NCBI RefSeq assembly: GCF_000619845.1
Contig: NZ_JHUX01000004.1
Location: 1-32,000, forward strand
Source of the DNA: Alkanindiges illinoisensis DSM 15370
GTDB lineage: Bacteria > Pseudomonadota > Gammaproteobacteria > Pseudomonadales > Moraxellaceae
Length of the DNA: 32,000 nt
Direction of reading: 5' to 3'
Part shown: one piece after another, positions 27,665 to 32,000 of the stretch
How positions within the stretch are numbered: the stretch's first letter is position 1
How the letters are laid out: the number at the start of each line of letters is the position of its first letter
The notes under the pieces: generated by a model
The model's database searches: none
Seen by the model: the letters and a program-made list of their open reading frames with translations, nothing else
Told to the model about the DNA's origin: nothing
Program-made: the position numbers and the translations under genes

Positions 27665-27989
27665 GCGCCCTTCCCTAGACTTTTGGCCTGATCGTGCGTG
27701 CCTGTATGTGACTACAGCCTAATCTTTACTCTAAATGCATTTTTTTAAACGATCAGCGATTTATCAAATTTAAGTTTCTAAATTTTATACGCTTTCTAGT
27801 AAATTTATACAAGTCGTTCTACTACAACTGTTTTGCTAATTTTTGTGTCAACGATGCGAATATTGACTGTTGTGGCAGGTTTAATGCTAACCATTCTCGC
27901 CAGAATAATTGGCACTTCTTGTCATTGCCCAATTGGTACAACTCACTACACTCATTGCCATTGTTAAATCACTGATTAAGGACATGGCA

Positions 27990-29195
27990 ATGAGCGAAGC
28001 CTACATTTTTGATGCCATTCGCACCCCTCGTGGTAAAGGAAAAAAAGACGGCAGCCTGCATGAAGTCAAGCCGATTACCCTGCTGACGACCCTGATGCAT
28101 GCGCTGGAACAACGCAACAATCTGGATACCAGTAAGGTTGAAGACGTAGTGCTGGGCTGTGTGACGCCAATTGCCGACCAGGGTGGCGATATTGCCAAAA
28201 CTGCGGCCATTGCAGCGGGCTGGTCTGACAACGTGTCTGGTGTACAAATCAACCGTTTTTGTGCCTCTGGTCTGGAAGCCGTTAACCTTGCCGCCATGAA
28301 AGTACGTTCCGGCTGGGAAGACTTGGTGGTGGCGGGTGGTGTTGAATCCATGTCGCGTATTGCGATGGGTTCGGATGGCGGCCCTTGGGCATTGGATCCG
28401 GAAACCAACCTGAAAGCCGGATTTGTACCACAGGGCGTTGGCGCCGATCTGATTGCTACACTGGATGGCTACACCCGTGGCGACGTGGATGAATTTGCAG
28501 CTAATTCACAAGCCAAGGCTGCACAGGCACAAAAAGAAGGCCGTTTTGATAAATCCATTGTTCCGGTTAAAGATGCTGCTGGCGTCACTATTTTAGATAA
28601 AGATGAATTCATTCGTGAAGGTACAACAGCGGAAAGCCTGCAACGCCTAAGCCCCAGCTTTGAAATGATGGGCAATATGGGGTTTGATGCGGTTGCCCTG
28701 CAAAAATATCCAGAAGCCCAAAAGGTCAATCATGTGCATCATGCGGGTAACTCCTCAGGCATCGTTGATGGTGCTGCGCTGGTACTGATTGGCTCTGAAA
28801 AAGCAGCCAAGGAATACAACCTAAAACCGCGTGCCAAAATTATTGCCACAGCACTGGTGGGTACTGATCCAACTATCATGCTGACTGGCCCCGCCCCTGC
28901 TGCGCGCAAGGCACTGGAAAAAGCTGGCCTGACCATTGATGACATTGACCTGTTTGAAGTGAATGAAGCCTTTGCAGCCGTAGTCATGCGCTTTATTAAT
29001 GAACTGAACGTGCCTGCGGAAAAAGTAAACGTGAATGGCGGTGCCATTGCCATGGGCCATCCACTGGGCGCAACTGGTGCCATGATTCTGGGCACACTGC
29101 TGGATGAACTCGAACGTCAGGACAAAAAACGTGGTCTGGCCACGTTATGTGTTGGCGGTGGTATGGGCATTGCCACCATTATTGAGCGGGTTTAA
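27990..29195 (+). CDS. fadA: Acetyl-CoA C-acyltransferase (3-ketoacyl-CoA thiolase)
   Basis: The ORF-track frame opens at a TTG (27909), but a homology-like start '[19 protein letters not shown]' at ATG 27990 is preceded by TAAGGA. There is also an ATG at 27984. Thiolase motifs are '[10 protein letters not shown]' (active-site Cys), '[17 protein letters not shown]' and 'CVGGGMG'. Confidence 0.85.
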   Translation: MSEAYIFDAIRTPRGKGKKDGSLHEVKPITLLTTLMHALEQRNNLDTSKVEDVVLGCVTPIADQGGDIAKTAAIAAGWSDNVSGVQINRFCASGLEAVNLAAMKVRSGWEDLVVAGGVESMSRIAMGSDGGPWALDPETNLKAGFVPQGVGADLIATLDGYTRGDVDEFAANSQAKAAQAQKEGRFDKSIVPVKDAAGVTILDKDEFIREGTTAESLQRLSPSFEMMGNMGFDAVALQKYPEAQKVNHVHHAGNSSGIVDGAALVLIGSEKAAKEYNLKPRAKIIATALVGTDPTIMLTGPAPAARKALEKAGLTIDDIDLFEVNEAFAAVVMRFINELNVPAEKVNVNGGAIAMGHPLGATGAMILGTLLDELERQDKKRGLATLCVGGGMGIATIIERV

Positions 29196-29219
29196 GGGAA
29201 AAGGTTAAGGAGTTAAATA

Positions 29220-31355
29220 ATGAGCGCGATTCAATATCAAAAAGACCAGGACAACATTGTTACCCTAACGCTTGACTCTACCGGTCAATCTGCCAACACC
29301 ATGAATGCCGAGTTTCGCAGCAGCCTTAAAGAAGTGGCAGAGAAACTAAAAGCGGAGACCGATCTGACTGGAGTAATTATTACCTCTGCCAAGAAGACTT
29401 TCTTTGCTGGCGGTGACCTGAATGAACTGATTCAGGTTAAGCCTGAAAATGCGACTGAATTCTTTCAGCAGATTCAGGATCTTAAAGCCCAAATGCGCAT
29501 CATCGAAACTTTGGGCAAGCCAGTGGTTGCTGCATTAAATGGTACAGCACTGGGTGGTGGCTGGGAAATTGCACTGGCAACCCATCGCCGGATTGCCTTA
29601 AATGACCCAAAAACCAAATTTGGCCTGCCAGAAGTCACCTTGGGCTTGCTGCCAGGTGGCGGTGGTATCGTCCGTATGGTGCGCTTCTTGGGTCTACAAA
29701 ATGCATTTCCTTACCTGATGGAAGGCAAGCAGTTTGACGTGAAAACTGCCGTGTCTTTGGGTTTGGTGCATGACACCGCCGACAGCATGGAAGATGTGCT
29801 GGACAAGGCGCGCGCATGGATCAAAGCAACGCCTAAGTCACAACAGCCCTTTGATGTAAAAGGCTACAAGATTCCCGGCGGTGATCCACGTACGCCAGCC
29901 GTTGCTCAGGTATTGGCGATTGCTCCTGCCATGCTGCGTGACAAAACCAAAGGCTGCTACCCAGCGCCAGAAGCCATTATGAGTGCAGCGGTTGAAGGTG
30001 CTCAGGTGGATGTAGATACTGCGCTGCGCATTGAAACCCGTTACTTCAACAAGCTCACCACCGGACAAGTTGCCAAAAACATGATTGGCACCTTCTGGTT
30101 TGGCCTGAATTCCATCAAGGCCGGTGGCAGCCGTCCACAAGGCATTGCACCTTGGCAAGCCAAAAAAGTGGCAGTGCTGGGTGCTGGCATGATGGGCAGC
30201 GGCATTGCCTACTCCTGTGCAATTAAGGGCATTCAAGTGGTACTTAAGGATGTATCACAGGAAGCTGCCGACAAAGGCAAAAGCTACAGCCAGAAACTGC
30301 TGGAAAAGCGCGTTTCCCGTGGCCGCATGACCACTGAGAAAAAAGACCAGATTTTGAGTCTGATTACAGCCTCTGCCGATTACAACGACCTTGCTGGTTG
30401 TGACCTGATCATTGAAGCTGTCTTTGAAAATCAGGAGTTAAAAGCCAAGGTCACACAGGAAGCGGAACAGCATCTGGTTGCAGGCGGCATTTTTGCTTCC
30501 AATACCTCTACCCTGCCCATTACCGAACTGGCCAAAGCCAGCCGTGACGAAAGCCATTTCATTGGCCTGCATTTCTTTAGTCCGGTTGACAAGATGCAAC
30601 TGGTTGAAATTATCAAGGGCAAAAACACAAGTGCTGAAACACTGGCTCGTGCTTATGACTTTGTCCAGCAAATTGCCAAAACACCTATTGTAGTCAATGA
30701 CAGCCGTGGCTTCTTTACCAGTCGTGTGTTCGGCACGTTTATTCAGGAAGGCATGCGTCTGGTGACTGAAGGTGTTCATCCGGCTAAAGTTGAAATGGCA
30801 GCCCTAAAAGCCGGTATGCCGGTTGGCCCACTGGCCATTCAGGATGAAGTGAGCTTAAGCCTGACTGAACACATCACTAAGGAAACCCGCAAAGCGCTGC
30901 AAGCCGAAGGTAAAAACTTGCCGGAATCCCCAGTGGAAGAACTGGTTGAATGGATGATTCATTCTGAAAACCGCAAGGGCAAAGCAGCTGGTGCTGGTTT
31001 TTATGAATACCCACAGGGCGGCAAGAAGCACCTATGGGATGGCTTGTCCAAATGGCAAAAAACCAATGACATTACTGAACAGGAAATGATTGACCGTATC
31101 TTGTTTGTACAGGCACTGGACACTGTGCGCTGTATGCAGGAAGGTGTACTGGAATCCGTGGTTGATGCCAATGTCGGCTCTATCTTTGGGATTGGCTTTG
31201 CACCATGGACTGGTGGTGCCATCCAGTTCCTGAATCAATACGGTCTGGACAAGGCTGTTAAACGCGCGCAGGAGCTTGAAGCCAAATACGGCGAGCGTTT
31301 TGCGGTTCCACAACTGCTCAGTGACAAAGCCCAGAAAGGTGAACTGTTCCAGTAA
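29220..31355 (+). CDS. fadB: Multifunctional fatty-acid oxidation enzyme (enoyl-CoA hydratase/isomerase + 3-hydroxyacyl-CoA dehydrogenase)
   Basis: 711-aa ORF. The N-terminal crotonase fold contains 'FFAGGDLNE' and 'ALNGTALGGGWEIALA'. The central NAD Rossmann motif is 'VAVLGAGMMGSGIA', followed by a 3HCDH region with 'IGLHFFSPV'. The thiolase-first gene order resembles fadI-fadJ and the mycobacterial fadA-fadB pair. Confidence 0.85.
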   Translation: MSAIQYQKDQDNIVTLTLDSTGQSANTMNAEFRSSLKEVAEKLKAETDLTGVIITSAKKTFFAGGDLNELIQVKPENATEFFQQIQDLKAQMRIIETLGKPVVAALNGTALGGGWEIALATHRRIALNDPKTKFGLPEVTLGLLPGGGGIVRMVRFLGLQNAFPYLMEGKQFDVKTAVSLGLVHDTADSMEDVLDKARAWIKATPKSQQPFDVKGYKIPGGDPRTPAVAQVLAIAPAMLRDKTKGCYPAPEAIMSAAVEGAQVDVDTALRIETRYFNKLTTGQVAKNMIGTFWFGLNSIKAGGSRPQGIAPWQAKKVAVLGAGMMGSGIAYSCAIKGIQVVLKDVSQEAADKGKSYSQKLLEKRVSRGRMTTEKKDQILSLITASADYNDLAGCDLIIEAVFENQELKAKVTQEAEQHLVAGGIFASNTSTLPITELAKASRDESHFIGLHFFSPVDKMQLVEIIKGKNTSAETLARAYDFVQQIAKTPIVVNDSRGFFTSRVFGTFIQEGMRLVTEGVHPAKVEMAALKAGMPVGPLAIQDEVSLSLTEHITKETRKALQAEGKNLPESPVEELVEWMIHSENRKGKAAGAGFYEYPQGGKKHLWDGLSKWQKTNDITEQEMIDRILFVQALDTVRCMQEGVLESVVDANVGSIFGIGFAPWTGGAIQFLNQYGLDKAVKRAQELEAKYGERFAVPQLLSDKAQKGELFQ

Positions 31356-31376
31356 CAGTAACCCTGATAGCTGATG

Positions 31377-31402
31377 AAAAAGGCGCCATGTGCGCCTTTT
31401 TT
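31377..31402 (+). terminator. Rho-independent terminator of the thiolase/fadB operon
   Basis: aggcgc (31381-31386) pairs with gcgcct (31392-31397) around a 5-nt loop. It is followed by T5 and preceded by A5. Confidence 0.85.
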
Positions 31403-31495
31403 CTGTGCTGCTTTTTTAAGAGCCAACTGATGCTGTTTTTTATTCCTGCACAACTTTATACTTAAAACCTGCCACTACCTACGTGAGATTTTGCA

Positions 31496-31615
31496 ATGTC
31501 ACAACAACCGGTTAAGCCCACCTCGGGTGATGATATATTCCCGCTTAAATATCTTTATATCAGTGTCCTTGTGGTGATTTTATTTATGGTTTTTTTCTAT
31601 TTTGCTACGCATTAA
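31496..31615 (+). CDS. Possible 39-aa tail-anchored small membrane protein (hypothetical)
   Basis: The ORF begins ATG at 31496 and encodes MSQQPVKPTSGDDIFPLKYLYISVLVVILFMVFFYFATH, a polar N-terminus followed by one hydrophobic helix. The Shine-Dalgarno is weak, and the ORF is below the size cut-off of the ORF track. Confidence 0.3.
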   Translation: MSQQPVKPTSGDDIFPLKYLYISVLVVILFMVFFYFATH

Positions 31616-31683
31616 GTCGTGTAAAGAAACAAATTTAGTTTTTCTTCTTTTTAGTGATTCAATCCCTTCTTTTAAATACAAAT

Positions 31684-31708
31684 GCGATAAATCATGATAA
31701 TTTATCGC
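31684..31708. promoter_or_regulatory. Perfect 9-bp inverted repeat (candidate operator) upstream of the lipoprotein gene
   Basis: gcgataaat (31684-31692), spacer catgata, then atttatcgc (31700-31708). It lies 47 nt upstream of the ATG at 31755. Confidence 0.4.
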
Positions 31709-31754
31709 TCATTAAAATCTGCTTTTTATACTTAACAACATATTTGAGAATGCA

Positions 31755-32000
31755 ATGCTTCATCATAAAAATTATGCTGGCTGTCTCGTATTGGCGGCAA
31801 GTTCCCTACTGATTAGTGCTTGTGGTGGAAGTAGCAGCACGAACGATCATAATGAAATTAAAATCCCGGAAACCAAGCCTCAGTCCTTTCAGTCCAGCTT
31901 TAATAGTACTTTAACGATTGAGGAAAAAACGACGAATGGCTCAAAAAAATATGACATTCCTAGTAAATCAACGAATCAAAAAGACAATGTACTTGCTTAT
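31755..32000 (+). CDS. Lipoprotein of unknown function, 5' part only (runs off the window)
   Basis: The frame is open from ATG 31755 to the window end (82 codons, no stop). The product starts 'MLHHKNYAGCLVLAASSLLISAC|GGSSS', a signal peptide plus lipobox, followed by a Ser/Thr/Asn/Lys-rich linker. A GAGAA Shine-Dalgarno lies 4 nt upstream. Confidence 0.6.
   Translation, partial: MLHHKNYAGCLVLAASSLLISACGGSSSTNDHNEIKIPETKPQSFQSSFNSTLTIEEKTTNGSKKYDIPSKSTNQKDNVLAY

Noticed and set aside
27909-27929. A sigma54-like TGGCAC element (27909-27914) upstream of the thiolase gene.
   Set aside because: The required TTGC at the -12 position is not at the canonical spacing. TGGCAC is followed by ttcttgtca before TTGC, which is 9 nt rather than about 5.
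27909-27989. The TTG-initiated 27-codon N-terminal extension of the thiolase ORF given by the ORF track.
   Set aside because: It has a rare start codon with no Shine-Dalgarno, and the added residues are not thiolase-like. An ATG with a TAAGGA Shine-Dalgarno at 27990 gives the canonical N-terminus.
31684-31708. Reading the 31684 palindrome as a canonical Fur box.
   Set aside because: The best hand alignment to the 19-bp Fur consensus is only about 12/19, and the 9-7-9 geometry does not fit. It is kept only as a generic candidate operator.

Overview
This window reads as a mostly core chromosomal segment of an Acinetobacter-like gammaproteobacterium (Moraxellaceae). That assignment is an inference from my recollection of A. 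baumannii AdeI/AdeJ/AdeK and from gene order. About 25 intact genes are densely packed. In order they are: isocitrate lyase with a divergent LysR regulator; an AI-2E-family permease; a CNNM/CorC-type protein; a DUF378 peptide; cysG and serS; an orphan YheC/YheD-like ATP-grasp gene; lolA; rpmA-rplU divergent from ispB; a polytopic 'site-specific recombinase'-family membrane protein; a PAP2 lipid phosphatase fused in operon fashion to adeIJK; a small Cys4 zinc-ribbon ORF; a GlpD-like flavoprotein; two tandem YbjQ paralogs; a membrane EAL protein with a degenerate GGDEF domain; a thiolase plus multifunctional beta-oxidation enzyme pair; and a truncated lipoprotein gene at the right edge. I found no tRNA, rRNA, CRISPR array, transposase, integrase, IS end or recognisable defence gene, and I cannot support a clear-cut new multi-gene system. 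The most unusual items are listed here. (1) The ATP-grasp gene sits in the lolA-X-serS slot that holds rarA in E. coli. (2) The same-strand envelope cluster ispB / membrane protein / PAP2 / adeIJK has only 2 nt between the PAP2 stop and the adeI start. (3) A roughly 690-bp AT-rich non-coding spacer upstream of the glpD-like gene carries several structured repeat motifs. (4) There is a soluble plus membrane-anchored YbjQ pair. (5) Several perfect inverted repeats are candidate operators. All family assignments come from motif reading by eye and need HMM or BLAST confirmation.
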